From assembly GCA_017513095.1 (NCBI GenBank), contig JAFWDJ010000024.1, forward strand, positions 6,073-70,072: a DNA stretch of 64,000 bases, in the 5' to 3' direction. A program made the translations under genes and the position numbers. The DNA comes from Clostridia bacterium (GTDB taxonomy: Bacteria > Bacillota > Clostridia > Oscillospirales > RGIG577). Of this stretch, positions 1-11,821 are shown piece after piece. The notes under the pieces were generated by a model that searched no databases, was not told where the DNA came from, and worked only from the letters and a program-made list of their open reading frames with translations. Each line of letters starts with the position of its first letter. The stretch's first letter is position 1.

Positions 1-258
1 TTTAAGCTTATCGATAAGCTTGAGGCCGAGGATTACGTATTCCTCGCTTCCGAGGATTTAAACACGGAGAACGCGGTGAAGTACGTATCCGTCTCCAAGG
101 CGGGCGACTTCGCGGTGCTCTACGCGTCTCAAAGGTACGAACAGATGAAGCTTGAAAAAACGGGCGTAAATCAGGTGACCGTAAGCGTTTACCCGTTCGC
201 GGGGCCGCGCGGCACAGTATGGGCGGGCGTTACGTTCGACCTGCCGTTTACGTATTAA
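1..258 (+). CDS. 3' end of a CDS that begins upstream of the window (hypothetical protein)
   Basis: Frame 1 is open from nt 1 to TAA at 256-258 (FKLIDKLEAEDYVFLASEDL...DLPFTY*). A strong hairpin follows. No family recognised. Confidence 0.45.
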   Translation, partial: FKLIDKLEAEDYVFLASEDLNTENAVKYVSVSKAGDFAVLYASQRYEQMKLEKTGVNQVTVSVYPFAGPRGTVWAGVTFDLPFTY

Positions 259-268
259 AAAAAGCATA

Positions 269-307
269 CCCCCTCCGTTCCCTTTTAAAAACGGAGGGGG
301 TCATTTT
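269..307. terminator. Bidirectional rho-independent terminator
   Basis: 11-bp perfect stem ccccctccgtt(269-279)/aacggaggggg(290-300), flanked by an A-run and a T-run. Sits between convergent genes. Confidence 0.65.
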
Positions 308-1562
308 ATTTTGCCTGGGGTCTTCGTTCCTTTACCATGCTCATTAAGACCGCAGATATCAAAACGAGCGCGAATACGCATGAGAGCGCGTTCTTATGCG
401 AGGACAGCGCGCCCGCAAGAAAGGCGTATATCATCGGGAACAGCGCGGCCGCAGCGCGTGAGAACGTGTTGAGTATGCCTATCGCGGTGCCGCTTCGCAC
501 GCCCGCGATCTGCGGGAGCTCCTGAAGCATCGTGCGCGGCCCCGTTACGGCCCAGCCGTCCATGAGCGCGCCGAAAAAGAGCGACGCGCCCGCCGCAGTC
601 AGGTTTCCGCTCTGAAGGGCGAGTATGCGAAGGACGACGCTTGCTATCATGGCCGGCCATACGAACGGCTTCTTCCTCCCCACCTTATCGGAAATCACGG
701 GCAGCACGGCGTAGCCTATCATGGAGCCCAGGCTTCCCATCGAGGCGATGAGCGCGGCAAGGCGCGGCGTCGAGCCCGCGACGTCGAGCATTACGGTGGG
801 CGCAAAGCCCATATACGTCTGTACGGCGCCGACAAGTATGAACTCGGCTATGAATATGAGCCATGCGTCGCGCGTGGAGAAAATGAGCTTTAAATTCTGA
901 CGTATCGACACCTTTTCGATGTCGGCGGAAAGCTCGCGGTTCAAAACGACCTCGTCGGCGCGCTTGTCGCGCGCGAGTATGAGCCACAATACCGCGATGA
1001 CGAGGATAAAGCCGCCCACAATGCGGTACATTATATGCCAGCCGCCGACCGCGTCGCATATGGGGAACGTGAGGTTATATCCTATGAGCATGCCCATATG
1101 ACCCGAGCTTAAAAGAAAGCCGTTGGCGCGGAAAAGCTCCTTCTTTTCAAACCACGTCGTTATGACCTTTATATTTCCCGGGAAAGATATTGCCTGTGAA
1201 AGTCCCGCAAGGAACATGAAAACGTAGAACGCCGTGAAATTGTCGGTAATACCGCGTCCGAATACGGCAACGGCTCCGACGAATACGGATATCGCCATAA
1301 GCACCTTCGTGCGGAAACGGTCAAGCAGCATTCCCGATATGAGCGTAAAGCACATGAGCCCGAGCGGTATCGCGCCCCATATGGCGGAGGTCTGATACTC
1401 GTTCCAGCCGAGGTCGGGCGCGATCGTCGTAAACAGCGTCGATATGGACGCGCCCGAGAAGCCGTAAACGGTGAAGTAGATAAGGCATATGAGCGCGAGC
1501 ATCACGTATTTAAAGCCGGGACGCACGTCTTTTTTTATCGTCTTTTTTTGAAGAGCGTCCAA
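306..1562 (-). CDS. MFS transporter
   Basis: 418 aa, hydrophobic throughout in a 12-TM-like pattern. MFS loop motif GMLLDRFRTK (G-x-L-x-D-R-x-G-R-K-like). Confidence 0.75.
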   Translation of the reverse strand: MDALQKKTIKKDVRPGFKYVMLALICLIYFTVYGFSGASISTLFTTIAPDLGWNEYQTSAIWGAIPLGLMCFTLISGMLLDRFRTKVLMAISVFVGAVAVFGRGITDNFTAFYVFMFLAGLSQAISFPGNIKVITTWFEKKELFRANGFLLSSGHMGMLIGYNLTFPICDAVGGWHIMYRIVGGFILVIAVLWLILARDKRADEVVLNRELSADIEKVSIRQNLKLIFSTRDAWLIFIAEFILVGAVQTYMGFAPTVMLDVAGSTPRLAALIASMGSLGSMIGYAVLPVISDKVGRKKPFVWPAMIASVVLRILALQSGNLTAAGASLFFGALMDGWAVTGPRTMLQELPQIAGVRSGTAIGILNTFSRAAAALFPMIYAFLAGALSSHKNALSCVFALVLISAVLMSMVKERRPQAK

Positions 1563-1589
1563 AAAGGGGTCACTTCCTTCGTCGGACAG

Positions 1590-1622
1590 TAAAAAACGGG
1601 AGCAGAATACTCCCGTCTTTTT
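1590..1622 (-). terminator. Rho-independent terminator downstream of asnS
   Basis: Stem acgggag(1596-1602)/ctcccgt(1610-1616), with a T-run on the minus strand (A-run 1591-1596 on plus). Confidence 0.6.
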
Positions 1623-1633
1623 GTTTTGCTTTA

Positions 1634-3028
1634 TTATCTGTCAAGAGTACCGACTGTTCTGGGGAACAACAGCACGTCGCGGATGTTCTGCATACCCGTC
1701 ATGTACATTATAAGGCGCTCAAAGCCGAGACCGAAGCCCGCATGCTTTACACCGCCGTATTTTCTTAAATCGAGGTACCATTCGTAATCGGCCTCGTTAA
1801 GTCCGCATTCCTTCATGCGCGCGCGAAGCACGTCCTCGCGCTCCTCTCTCTGGCTGCCTCCGACTATCTCGCCTATGCCGGGAACGAGGCAGTCCATAGC
1901 CGCAACGGTCTTGTTGTCGTCGTTTACGCGCATGTAAAACGATTTTATCTCCTTCGGGTAATCGGTCACGAATACGGGCTTTTTGTATACCTGCTCGGTT
2001 ATGAAGCGCTCGTGCTCCGTCTGAAGGTCGCTTCCCCACGTTACGGGATACTCGAACTTATCCTTGTGCTGTGCGAGTATGTCGATGGCCTGAGTATACG
2101 TTATGTGCTCGAAGTCGCTTGAAACTATGCCGCTTAAACGCTCGATGAGCTCCTTGTCCATGAATTTGTTGAAGAATTCCATCTCGCGGGGGCAGTGCTC
2201 GAGCACGTAGGATATAACGTACTTTATCATATCCTCGGCAAGCTTCATGTCGTCGTTTAAATCCGCGAAGGCGATCTCGGGCTCTATCATCCAGAATTCC
2301 GCCGCATGACGCGCGGTGTTGGAGTTTTCGGCGCGGAAGGTGGGGCCGAATGTATATACCTTCTTGAAGGCCATTGCCATTGCCTCGGCTTCGAGCTGAC
2401 CGCTTACGGTAAGCGACGAGGCCTTTCCGAAGAAGTCCTCCTTTTCGTTTACGGTGCCGTCCTCGTTTTTGGGAAGGTTATTTAAGTCGAGAGTGGTAAC
2501 TCTGAACATCTCGCCCGCTCCCTCGCAGTCGCTGCCCGTGATTATCGGGGTGTGAACGTAAACGAAGCCGCGCTTCTGGAAGAAGTCGTGTATTGCGTAC
2601 GCCGCAACGGAGCGCACACGGTAAACGGCAAGGAACGTGTTCGTTCTCGGACGAAGGTGCGATATGCCGCGCAGGAATTCCATGGAATGGCGCTTCTTCT
2701 GAAGCGGATAATCGGGCGTGGAGCGTCCCTCGATCGTCACCTTTTCGGCCTTTATCTCGAACGGCTGCTTTGCCTCGGGCGTTACGGCAACCGTGCCGTC
2801 AACCCAAATGGACGAGCCCACGTTGAGCTTCGATAATTCCTTAAAATTATCAACGACGCCGTCTTCAAAAACTATCTGTATGTTTGAAAACGACGTGCCG
2901 TCGTTTATTTCAATAAATCCGAAATTCTTCGACGCGCGCGTGGTGCGTACCCATCCGCAGACGGTCACCTTCTGCCCGTCGAGCTTTTCGTAAGAATCAA
3001 ACAGGTCCTTGATTTCTATCTGTGCCAA
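1634..3028 (-). CDS. asnS: Asparagine--tRNA ligase
   Basis: 464 aa. N-terminal OB anticodon-binding domain ([11 protein letters not shown]) and class IIb core motifs ([30 protein letters not shown]). Typical AsnRS length. Confidence 0.95.
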   Translation of the reverse strand: MAQIEIKDLFDSYEKLDGQKVTVCGWVRTTRASKNFGFIEINDGTSFSNIQIVFEDGVVDNFKELSKLNVGSSIWVDGTVAVTPEAKQPFEIKAEKVTIEGRSTPDYPLQKKRHSMEFLRGISHLRPRTNTFLAVYRVRSVAAYAIHDFFQKRGFVYVHTPIITGSDCEGAGEMFRVTTLDLNNLPKNEDGTVNEKEDFFGKASSLTVSGQLEAEAMAMAFKKVYTFGPTFRAENSNTARHAAEFWMIEPEIAFADLNDDMKLAEDMIKYVISYVLEHCPREMEFFNKFMDKELIERLSGIVSSDFEHITYTQAIDILAQHKDKFEYPVTWGSDLQTEHERFITEQVYKKPVFVTDYPKEIKSFYMRVNDDNKTVAAMDCLVPGIGEIVGGSQREEREDVLRARMKECGLNEADYEWYLDLRKYGGVKHAGFGLGFERLIMYMTGMQNIRDVLLFPRTVGTLDR

Positions 3029-3105
3029 TTAAATCAATCCTTTCTTTGAGGTTTTCACTCATATCTTATTTATTATAATAACTTAAAATCGGAAATACAA
3101 GATAT

Positions 3106-3143
3106 AATAATAAAAAAGTGCGAAAGCCGCTTACTTTCGCACT
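3106..3143 (-). terminator. Rho-independent terminator downstream of the SGNH hydrolase gene
   Basis: 10-bp stem agtgcgaaag(3117-3126)/ctttcgcact(3134-3143), followed on the minus strand by a T-run. Confidence 0.6.
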
Positions 3144-3168
3144 TATGTACGTTGATTTCTGCCCGCGC

Positions 3169-3909
3169 TTACTCGGACAGTATTTCAGGAAGCCTTTCTT
3201 TGATAAAGGCGATCACTTCGCCTGCGATTTTTTTATGTCCCTCGGCGTTCGGATGTATGCCGTCGATGCAGATATAATCCCTGTAATGACGCTCCTTTAA
3301 AAACGACGTGCGGACGTCTATGACCTCGCAGCCGTGCCTGCGCGCGGTTTGCATAAGTATATTGTTGTAATGCTCGTGCGAGCGGTATATCTGATAAAGG
3401 TCGTATTCGAGCCATTTTAAAACGTTGTTTCGTCCCTCGTCCGAAAATTCGCGCGTGAACCAATTGAAATAACGCTCGGCGTCGATTATCGGAAGATTCA
3501 TAAATACGGCGGTCGAGCCCGCTTCCCTTATCATTTCAATCATTTCTGTAAGGTTGCGCGTGTAGTCCTCCACGGATACGTGGCTTACATGCTCCATATC
3601 GGGCACCTTCGCTATCTCCTCCCAGTAATGGTCGGTGTCGTTGCCGCCGAAGCAGATAAGATTAAGCGTGCGGGAAAGGTCGACGCCCGCCTTTTCGTCC
3701 AAAATGAGCCTGCGCCTTAAAAGGCGTCTGCCCTTTTCCGTAACGTATCCGAAATGCGCGAAGTTCTCCACGGGGAGATTAAGCTTTTCCGAAACGAGGC
3801 CGACGCAGCCGGCGGAGTCAAGTCTTATATAGCGCTTTGTATCCGCGTCGAGCGCAACGCCCTGAAGGAGCGAATCGCCCCAGACCATAATTCTGTCAAA
3901 TCTGCTCAT
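3169..3909 (-). CDS. SGNH/GDSL-family hydrolase
   Basis: 246 aa. Block I MVWGDSL (catalytic Ser), block III FGGNDTD, block V DGIHPNAEGH. Confidence 0.75.
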   Translation of the reverse strand: MSRFDRIMVWGDSLLQGVALDADTKRYIRLDSAGCVGLVSEKLNLPVENFAHFGYVTEKGRRLLRRRLILDEKAGVDLSRTLNLICFGGNDTDHYWEEIAKVPDMEHVSHVSVEDYTRNLTEMIEMIREAGSTAVFMNLPIIDAERYFNWFTREFSDEGRNNVLKWLEYDLYQIYRSHEHYNNILMQTARRHGCEVIDVRTSFLKERHYRDYICIDGIHPNAEGHKKIAGEVIAFIKERLPEILSE

Positions 3910-3996
3910 AAAGCAACCTCCGAAATTCTTTATATAATAAAACAGGAACAGGAACGGGCAAAAAAGCCCGTCCCTTTGATTTTTTTGTATCGGTGA

Positions 3997-4482
3997 TTAT
4001 GCGTTTTCGCCCTCGGCTGCGCCCTCTTCGGACTTTTCGGCTTCGTCCTTTGCCTCGGGTTCGATGTCCTCCGCCGCCTTTTTATCGGGAGCCGGATCGC
4101 CCGTTTCAAGCTTTACGCCCTGAACGTGGATGTTGATGCGCTCAACGGATATGCCGGTCATCGTCTCAACGTCGTCCTTTATCTTCGCCTGAAGCTTTTC
4201 GGAAACAACGGGGATAACGGCGCCGTACTGAACTATGATGTGCGCGTCGATAACGGCGGAGCCGTTGTTTATTTCGACCTTTATGCCTCTGGGCACGTTT
4301 CTTTTGCTCAGAAGCTCAGCAAGGCCGCCGGTGATGCTCTGTGCCACGCCTGCGATGCCGTCGGTTTCGGTAACGGCCACGGACGCGATGGCGGATATTA
4401 CGTCGGGCGATATTTTTACCGTGCCGATGTCTATTTCTTCTTCCGTGGGCTCATGGTTTAAGTTTATGTCCTTATCCTCCAT
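3997..4482 (-). CDS. Asp23/Gls24-family alkaline-shock-like protein
   Basis: 161 aa. Asp23-type core (ISPDVISAIASVAVTETDGIAG...INIHVQGV) with an acidic tail. Same position downstream of spoIIIA as B. subtilis yqhY. Confidence 0.8.
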   Translation of the reverse strand: MEDKDINLNHEPTEEEIDIGTVKISPDVISAIASVAVTETDGIAGVAQSITGGLAELLSKRNVPRGIKVEINNGSAVIDAHIIVQYGAVIPVVSEKLQAKIKDDVETMTGISVERINIHVQGVKLETGDPAPDKKAAEDIEPEAKDEAEKSEEGAAEGENA

Positions 4483-4567
4483 TATTTTGTACCTCCTGTT
4501 ATATTTACGGTGTTGTGTTTTTGTTTACGTATGTAATTCTATCATACAATAAATTTCGCTTGTATGT

Positions 4568-5122
4568 CTATTTTATTTCCAAAATCTTAATTTTATCCGC
4601 GGAAATGCCCGTTTGGGTTATAACGATATCCTTAAGCTGCGCGATCTGCGTCTTTTCAAGGCCGTCGGCCTTTACCGTAAGCGTTACGGAGCCGTCGGTA
4701 ATATACGCCGCGCAGTCCGCGAAGCCCTTTGCGCGGACGAGGTTTTCAACGGAGCTCTCCGCAAGTATCGCGTCGGCCATTGCATCCAGCTTTTCGGCGG
4801 CTTTGCTTTTGTCCTCTTCGGAAAGCGATTCGTTGTTTATTACTTCTTTTAAGAGAAAAGCGGCCTCGTCGCGGCTCTTCTGGCGCGTAAGCCGCGCCTG
4901 AGCTATCGCGGGATCTGTCTGCGCGCCCGCGCCTTCGGCGGAAAGGTTGGCGCCGGGCGCGGACACCTCTGCCGTCTCGCCCAGGTCGCTCGACGCGGGG
5001 CTTACGGTTTCGGTTATGTCAAACATGCCGTTTGAATCAGTATAAACGACATTTAGATAAACGGCAAGTGCGATAAGTCCCGCAAGTACAACTATAACAT
5101 ATTTTTTCTTTTTTAAATACAT
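4568..5122 (-). CDS. spoIIIAH: Stage III sporulation protein AH
   Basis: 184 aa with an N-terminal TM anchor. Last gene of an eight-gene spoIIIA-type operon; size and position match SpoIIIAH. Confidence 0.8.
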   Translation of the reverse strand: MYLKKKKYVIVVLAGLIALAVYLNVVYTDSNGMFDITETVSPASSDLGETAEVSAPGANLSAEGAGAQTDPAIAQARLTRQKSRDEAAFLLKEVINNESLSEEDKSKAAEKLDAMADAILAESSVENLVRAKGFADCAAYITDGSVTLTVKADGLEKTQIAQLKDIVITQTGISADKIKILEIK

Positions 5123-5143
5123 TTATTATTCCTCCTTTTGTTT

Positions 5144-5701
5144 TTATGATGAAAGCTTTATAACGCAGATGCTGCTTGAGGGTATTGAAAAAAGCGTTCT
5201 TACGGCTTCTGTTATTGTAAGTACGGTATTATTGTTGTCCGCGCCCTCGCACGCGATTACAACACCGCGCACACGGGGCTCGTTTTTTCTTACAACGATG
5301 GGCTCCTGATTTCCGCCGCTCGAAACGGTAAGAATGCTTTTCTGACTGTCGTACGCCGAGGATATGCGCTCTGAATCGGATGACTCTGTCTTGTTCTCGC
5401 GGCTTTCGACGGCATATACGCGTTCGGTGCCGTTTTCAAGCGTTATCATTACCTCGCATTCCCCCGCCCCGTCCAGCCTTTCAACTATCGCCTTCACCCG
5501 CTGCTCGAGCGTTTTGGCGTATTCTAAATTGTCGCCTTCGTTTGAAGCGCTAAAGTCGGTTTTGTCGCGCGTTTCGCCGACAAGGTCGGGCAGAAATATG
5601 ATAAAGAGGCCGATAATTATGAGTATGATAATAAATTTCGTGTTTTTGCCGCGGAAAACCTTTCTCAAGCTTTCGATATCCACCGATTCACCCGCTCTCA
5701 T
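5144..5701 (-). CDS. spoIIIAG: Stage III sporulation protein AG
   Basis: 185 aa with a single N-terminal TM. C-terminal block (RVRGVVIACEGADN) typical of SpoIIIAG. Operon position fits. Confidence 0.8.
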   Translation of the reverse strand: MRAGESVDIESLRKVFRGKNTKFIIILIIIGLFIIFLPDLVGETRDKTDFSASNEGDNLEYAKTLEQRVKAIVERLDGAGECEVMITLENGTERVYAVESRENKTESSDSERISSAYDSQKSILTVSSGGNQEPIVVRKNEPRVRGVVIACEGADNNNTVLTITEAVRTLFSIPSSSICVIKLSS

Positions 5702-6170
5702 TTGTTTTAATAATAAGCTCCTGTGCGCCGTATCGCACTTTAAGCGCCGCTTCGTCTATCGCGTTCCGGTCGTCCTCGCCGTAAAGTGTTATTTCAAGCG
5801 ACTTGACGCTTTGCTCGCCGTCAAGCCGCGCTTTTACGTTTCCCGGGCGCACGCCGTATTCTTCTAATAGATATGCTTTTACATCCTCGCATATTCCCTC
5901 TTCGGCAAATCTTATTACCTGCATTTTATACGTATCGTTAAAATCGCGGCCATCAGGACTTTCGGTAATAGTGCCGACGTCGGGCGTTATGTACCCCACC
6001 GCACCGTTTGCGAGGTCTTTAAGCGGAGATAAAAGCGCCGCAAGCGCGATAAGGCCGCAGATAAGCTTTAGCGGCGCGCCGAGCGCGCCTTTCGGAAAGA
6101 GAAATCTTATTATCCCCAAAAAAACGCTCAGCGCGATAAGCGTTACGATAAAGGATTTTATATAAGCCAT
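5688..6170 (-). CDS. spoIIIAF: Stage III sporulation protein AF
   Basis: 160 aa with two N-terminal TM helices. Operon position between AE and AG. Confidence 0.75.
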   Translation of the reverse strand: MAYIKSFIVTLIALSVFLGIIRFLFPKGALGAPLKLICGLIALAALLSPLKDLANGAVGYITPDVGTITESPDGRDFNDTYKMQVIRFAEEGICEDVKAYLLEEYGVRPGNVKARLDGEQSVKSLEITLYGEDDRNAIDEAALKVRYGAQELIIKTNESG

Positions 6171-7295
6171 TTATTTTGCCCCCACGGAGACCGTAAGACC
6201 GATCGAAATTACCATAAACACGCATACGCAGACGTTCAGTGAAAATATATACGAAATCGCCGCCGCAAATCCGTTTAAAAGCTTTGTAAGCCGTTCGTTT
6301 CCGAGCGTCTCCGAAAGCGCGGCGGTAATTTTGAAAACGACGAGCTGCGCACCTATCTTTATAAGCGGTATAAGGAAGATGAGCACGACGCCTATGATGC
6401 CGAATACCCCGAAGGCCGACTTTATGATGTGGGAATACGAAATTACAAGGTCGGCGGCGTCGGAGATTATTTTCCCCACGACGGGGACGGCATTCGATAC
6501 GGTGAACTTTACCGTTCTGCCGGCCGCCGCGTCTCCTATAGACGCGACGACTCTGTTTAACGTGATAAAGCCCGTAAAGACCGTGAGCATAAGCCCGAGC
6601 GAAAAGTTTAAAAAGCCGGATATAAGATTACAAAGTCCCGAAAGCTTTACCCCGTCGAATACGGCGTCGGCCGATGAGAGCGCAAGGCGGCAGCATATGA
6701 GCGGAATGAATACGTATTCGACGGCGTGCGACATGGCTTCGATGAGAAAGAAAAGCCAGAATTCAAGCGTGCCCGCGCTTGCGGCTTCGCCTCCCGTAAA
6801 AAGCAATATCACCATGGCGGGAGTGAGCGCCTTGACGAACGAAACGCCGCCCGAGACGGCCGACATTCCCGTCGCTATCACGTCCTTTAATACGGAGATC
6901 ATAACGAGCGAAGCGCTGAGGGCGCATACGGCGTCGGCCGTTTGCGACACCTCACCCGCCGCGAAGGAGCCGCCGAAAACGGTTATGACGGAGCAGAGTA
7001 TCATAACGCCGAGGATCAAAAGCGCGCCTTTTAATGCGCTTTTTAACTCCCCGAAAAATATGTCTGCAACTCTGTTCGGGATATTTCTTATCCCCTCTAA
7101 TCCGCTGCCGCCGACTATTGCGCCCGTGACGGCCTCGGCGCCGAATTCGGGGAAAAGCGCGGCTCTCACGCCGTAGAGCTCATTATCGGCGGCGCGTGCG
7201 TCTATGCCGAATCCGTCCAGGGCACCGATATCCGCAGCGCCGGCGGAAACGGCGGATAACGAAAGAAGGAGGATAAAGAATACAAGCTTTTTCAT
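6171..7295 (-). CDS. spoIIIAE: Stage III sporulation protein AE
   Basis: 374 aa with a signal peptide and a polytopic membrane profile. Size and order match SpoIIIAE. Confidence 0.85.
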   Translation of the reverse strand: MKKLVFFILLLSLSAVSAGAADIGALDGFGIDARAADNELYGVRAALFPEFGAEAVTGAIVGGSGLEGIRNIPNRVADIFFGELKSALKGALLILGVMILCSVITVFGGSFAAGEVSQTADAVCALSASLVMISVLKDVIATGMSAVSGGVSFVKALTPAMVILLFTGGEAASAGTLEFWLFFLIEAMSHAVEYVFIPLICCRLALSSADAVFDGVKLSGLCNLISGFLNFSLGLMLTVFTGFITLNRVVASIGDAAAGRTVKFTVSNAVPVVGKIISDAADLVISYSHIIKSAFGVFGIIGVVLIFLIPLIKIGAQLVVFKITAALSETLGNERLTKLLNGFAAAISYIFSLNVCVCVFMVISIGLTVSVGAK

Positions 7296-7299
7296 GGCT

Positions 7300-7686
7300 T
7301 TATCTCAATAGCGCCGTAAGCGCCGACAGGACCTCAAAAAACACGGGAAGAGAAAGCGCAAGCAGTATGAGCTTTCCGGCAAATTCAAGCTTGCTTCCGA
7401 TGGCGCTTTCGCCCGCGTCGCGGCAAAGATTTACGCCTATTTCGCACAGGCACGCGATGCCGACGGCTTTGAGCATAAGCGAAAAGAATCCGCCGTTTAT
7501 GCCGCCGAGCGCCGCTATGTCCGACAGCCCCGAGAAAATCTCTCCAATATAGCCGAGAGACAGAACGAACAGAAGTATCCCGCAGGCAAGCGAGATAAGT
7601 ACACGGTATTCGCTTTTGTACTGCTTTAAAACGACAGAGAGGACGACACCCGATAAGGCGATACCGATAAACTTTAATATCTCCAT
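7300..7686 (-). CDS. spoIIIAD: Stage III sporulation protein AD
   Basis: About 128 aa, four-TM protein. Start chosen at MEILKF (7686), after the G-rich RBS and the spoIIIAC stop. The ORF could extend to 7704. Confidence 0.75.
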   Translation of the reverse strand: MEILKFIGIALSGVVLSVVLKQYKSEYRVLISLACGILLFVLSLGYIGEIFSGLSDIAALGGINGGFFSLMLKAVGIACLCEIGVNLCRDAGESAIGSKLEFAGKLILLALSLPVFFEVLSALTALLR

Positions 7687-7705
7687 AAAGAATGCCCCCG
7701 TCACC

Positions 7706-7918
7706 CTAAAGCCCGAACACGCTTTTTATCGTGGAAAAAAGTGCACTTATCTCGCGTATCACCATAGTAAGCACTACGATAAGTCCGGCCAGCGTCGTAA
7801 GCATGGCCTGCTCCTCGCGCCCCGAACGTATCAGAAGCTGATTGAGCACCGCAACGAGTATCCCAATCGCCGCTATTTTGAATACAAGCTCAACGTCCAT
7901 CGTTTTTCCTCCCGTCAC
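7706..7918 (-). CDS. spoIIIAC: Stage III sporulation protein AC
   Basis: 70 aa, two-TM mini protein in the correct operon position. Confidence 0.75.
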   Translation of the reverse strand: MTGGKTMDVELVFKIAAIGILVAVLNQLLIRSGREEQAMLTTLAGLIVVLTMVIREISALFSTIKSVFGL

Positions 7919-8427
7919 AGTGCGGCTATCGCGATTATCGCCGCGGCGATTACCGAAAGCCCCATATACATGCGCGTTCTCTTTTTTTCCTCCTCGCGCG
8001 CCGAAATCATTATCTGCGAAAGCTCCTCTTTCGCATATGATATCGAGCGTATCTGAGCGACGGCGTCGCCCGCGCCGAGATCGCGCCCGAGTGAGAGCAT
8101 GGCATCATATTCGCGCGAAGCGAAAACAATAGGCGAAAAAAGCGCCTGAAGCGACGACTCCCATATCGTAAAGACGGGCGGCCTCGGTATGAGGATCATG
8201 CTTTCGCGGCATCGAAGATAAAACCGCCCCACGGGCCCGTCTATGCGCGACAGCTTATAAAACGCCTCCTCGAGCGGCGCGCGGGCGAACGTTATTTCGT
8301 TCTGAAGCGCCGTAAGACTCAATATAAGGTCGGCGATGATCTCCGTGCGCGCTTTAAGCTGGCGCTTTAAAAATACGCCTAAAGAAAGGCCGGAAAAAAG
8401 AATAAGCACACATCCTGCGATTTTCAT
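7915..8427 (-). CDS. spoIIIAB: Stage III sporulation protein AB
   Basis: 170 aa with N- and C-terminal TM helices. Overlaps the spoIIIAC start by 4 nt. Operon position fits. Confidence 0.75.
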   Translation of the reverse strand: MKIAGCVLILFSGLSLGVFLKRQLKARTEIIADLILSLTALQNEITFARAPLEEAFYKLSRIDGPVGRFYLRCRESMILIPRPPVFTIWESSLQALFSPIVFASREYDAMLSLGRDLGAGDAVAQIRSISYAKEELSQIMISAREEEKKRTRMYMGLSVIAAAIIAIAAL

Positions 8428-8444
8428 GACAAAGCTGCGCTCCT

Positions 8445-9386
8445 TTAAAGATAATGAACGCTCGGCGTTCCGAGCCTCGGCACGTTTGAAAGCGTGACGG
8501 CCAGCGAAAACACCTTCTCGTCAAAAAGCCGCGAAAAAGCGGGCTTTTTTCGTATCTCATCGACGCTTTCCCCGTGCGCGGAGGCAATTACGGCGACTCC
8601 CGTGTTGTGCGCCGTCATCACGGCGCGCGCGTCGGCTTCGTTTAAGAGCTCGTCTGTAATTATCACGTCGGGCGACATTGAGCGAAGCATAATGCTTACG
8701 CCTATGCTTTTGGGGCACATATCGAGCACGTCGGTGCGCACCCCTACATCGTTTTGCGGCTCGCCCTTATACATGGCGCAGATCTCGCTGCGCTCGTCGA
8801 TAACACCGACCTTTACACCCTTAAAGCCGAGCGTTTCGACGCCGTTTGAAAGCTGGCGCGCGATATCGCGAAGCAGCGTTGTCTTTCCGCACGACGGCGG
8901 TGAAATGACGATGACGCTTCTTACGCGGTTGTCCTTTATTATCTCGTCTATTACCGCGTCGGCGCAGCCTTTGATTTCGCGGGCTATCCTGAAATTGAGA
9001 GACGACACGTCGCGGATGCTTAAAACCCCGCCGCCGTCGGTTATCACCTTTCCGCAGACGCCGACGCGGTGACCGCCGCGAATCGTTATAAAGCCGCATC
9101 TTAGCTCCTCTAAAACGCTGTGCACGGAAGCGCCCGTTATAAATTCAAACGTCGCGGCCATGTCTTCCTTCGTGACCGTATACGGCGCGCTCGGCGGCAA
9201 ATACGCGCCGATCGGCATACAGCCCGAATCGAGCGAGATCATAACGGGCGCGCCCGTTTTAAGGCGTATTTCATACGCGCGCGCTTTTATATCGCCGGAA
9301 AGCCGCAAAAGCTGCGTTCGTATATTCGGTGCGGTGTAATCTGCCGCACGGTCGAATCTCTCGGCCTTTTCGTTTATCGCTTTCAT
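8445..9386 (-). CDS. spoIIIAA: Stage III sporulation protein AA (secretion-type ATPase)
   Basis: Walker A ISPPSCGKTTLLRDIA and Walker B-like VIITDEL. Start placed at MKAINEK (9386), preceded by AAAGGAG. The longer ORF (to 9425) would abut the ligA terminator. Confidence 0.85.
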   Translation of the reverse strand: MKAINEKAERFDRAADYTAPNIRTQLLRLSGDIKARAYEIRLKTGAPVMISLDSGCMPIGAYLPPSAPYTVTKEDMAATFEFITGASVHSVLEELRCGFITIRGGHRVGVCGKVITDGGGVLSIRDVSSLNFRIAREIKGCADAVIDEIIKDNRVRSVIVISPPSCGKTTLLRDIARQLSNGVETLGFKGVKVGVIDERSEICAMYKGEPQNDVGVRTDVLDMCPKSIGVSIMLRSMSPDVIITDELLNEADARAVMTAHNTGVAVIASAHGESVDEIRKKPAFSRLFDEKVFSLAVTLSNVPRLGTPSVHYL

Positions 9387-9440
9387 CGCCCGCTCCTTTG
9401 TTTTTTGTTTAAGTCTATGGGACAACTTGTAGGTTTAGAA

Positions 9441-9473
9441 CAAAAAAAGAAGGCAGGAATTAACCTGCCTTCC
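9441..9473 (-). terminator. Rho-independent terminator downstream of ligA
   Basis: Stem gaaggcagg(9449-9457)/cctgccttc(9465-9473), followed on the minus strand by TTTTTTT. Confidence 0.65.
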
Positions 9474-9495
9474 CGGTGACGGAAAGTTTTAAACA

Positions 9496-11544
<2,049 letters not shown>

Positions 11545-11679
11545 TTACCATACATTTGGAGATTTTACACTCAAAAAAGCGCCGCCAAACGCTTTTTTGG
11601 AAGAAAAAAATCGAAATTTTCTTGAAAAAAGGTATTGATTTTTGAAAAAGCCTGTGATATCATAATTAAGCTGTTGTTC

Positions 11680-11756
11680 GGGCCTTTAGCTCAGTTGGTT
11701 AGAGCAACCGGCTCATAACCGGTTGGTCCGGGGTTCGAGTCCCTGAAGGCCCACCA
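11680..11756 (+). tRNA. tRNA with CAU anticodon (Ile2-like lysidine type, or elongator Met)
   Basis: 77 nt: GGGCCTT acceptor pairs with AAGGCCC and is followed by ACCA. D-arm AGCTCAGTTGGTTAGAGC, anticodon loop CTCATAA, T-arm GGTTCGAGTCC. Body resembles Firmicute tRNA-Ile2(CAU); identity is not decidable by eye. Confidence 0.9.
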
Positions 11757-11760
11757 TAAA

Positions 11761-11787
11761 CCACGCGTCTGCGCGTGGTTTTTTTAT
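11761..11787 (+). terminator. Terminator after the tRNA
   Basis: Stem ccacgcg/cgcgtgg followed by TTTTTTT. Confidence 0.7.
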
Positions 11788-11789
11788 TG

Positions 11790-11817
11790 AAAAGCTCCGC
11801 CGAAAGGCGGAGCTTTT
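11790..11817. terminator. Bidirectional terminator
   Basis: Stem aaaagctccgcc/ggcggagctttt with GAAA loop. Serves the convergent minus-strand gene that ends at 11822. Confidence 0.7.
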
Positions 11818-11821
11818 CAAT

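Noticed and set aside
6331-7176. 281-aa plus-strand ORF antisense to spoIIIAE. Similar long antisense ORFs occur at 8494-9072, 13949-14752, 15406-16362, 26042-27052, 35020-35574 and 41421-41960.
   Set aside because: These are shadow ORFs, typical of high-GC coding DNA. Each lies entirely inside a well-supported gene on the other strand. They have low-complexity Arg/Ala/Ser/Pro-rich translations, no RBS and no recognisable motif.
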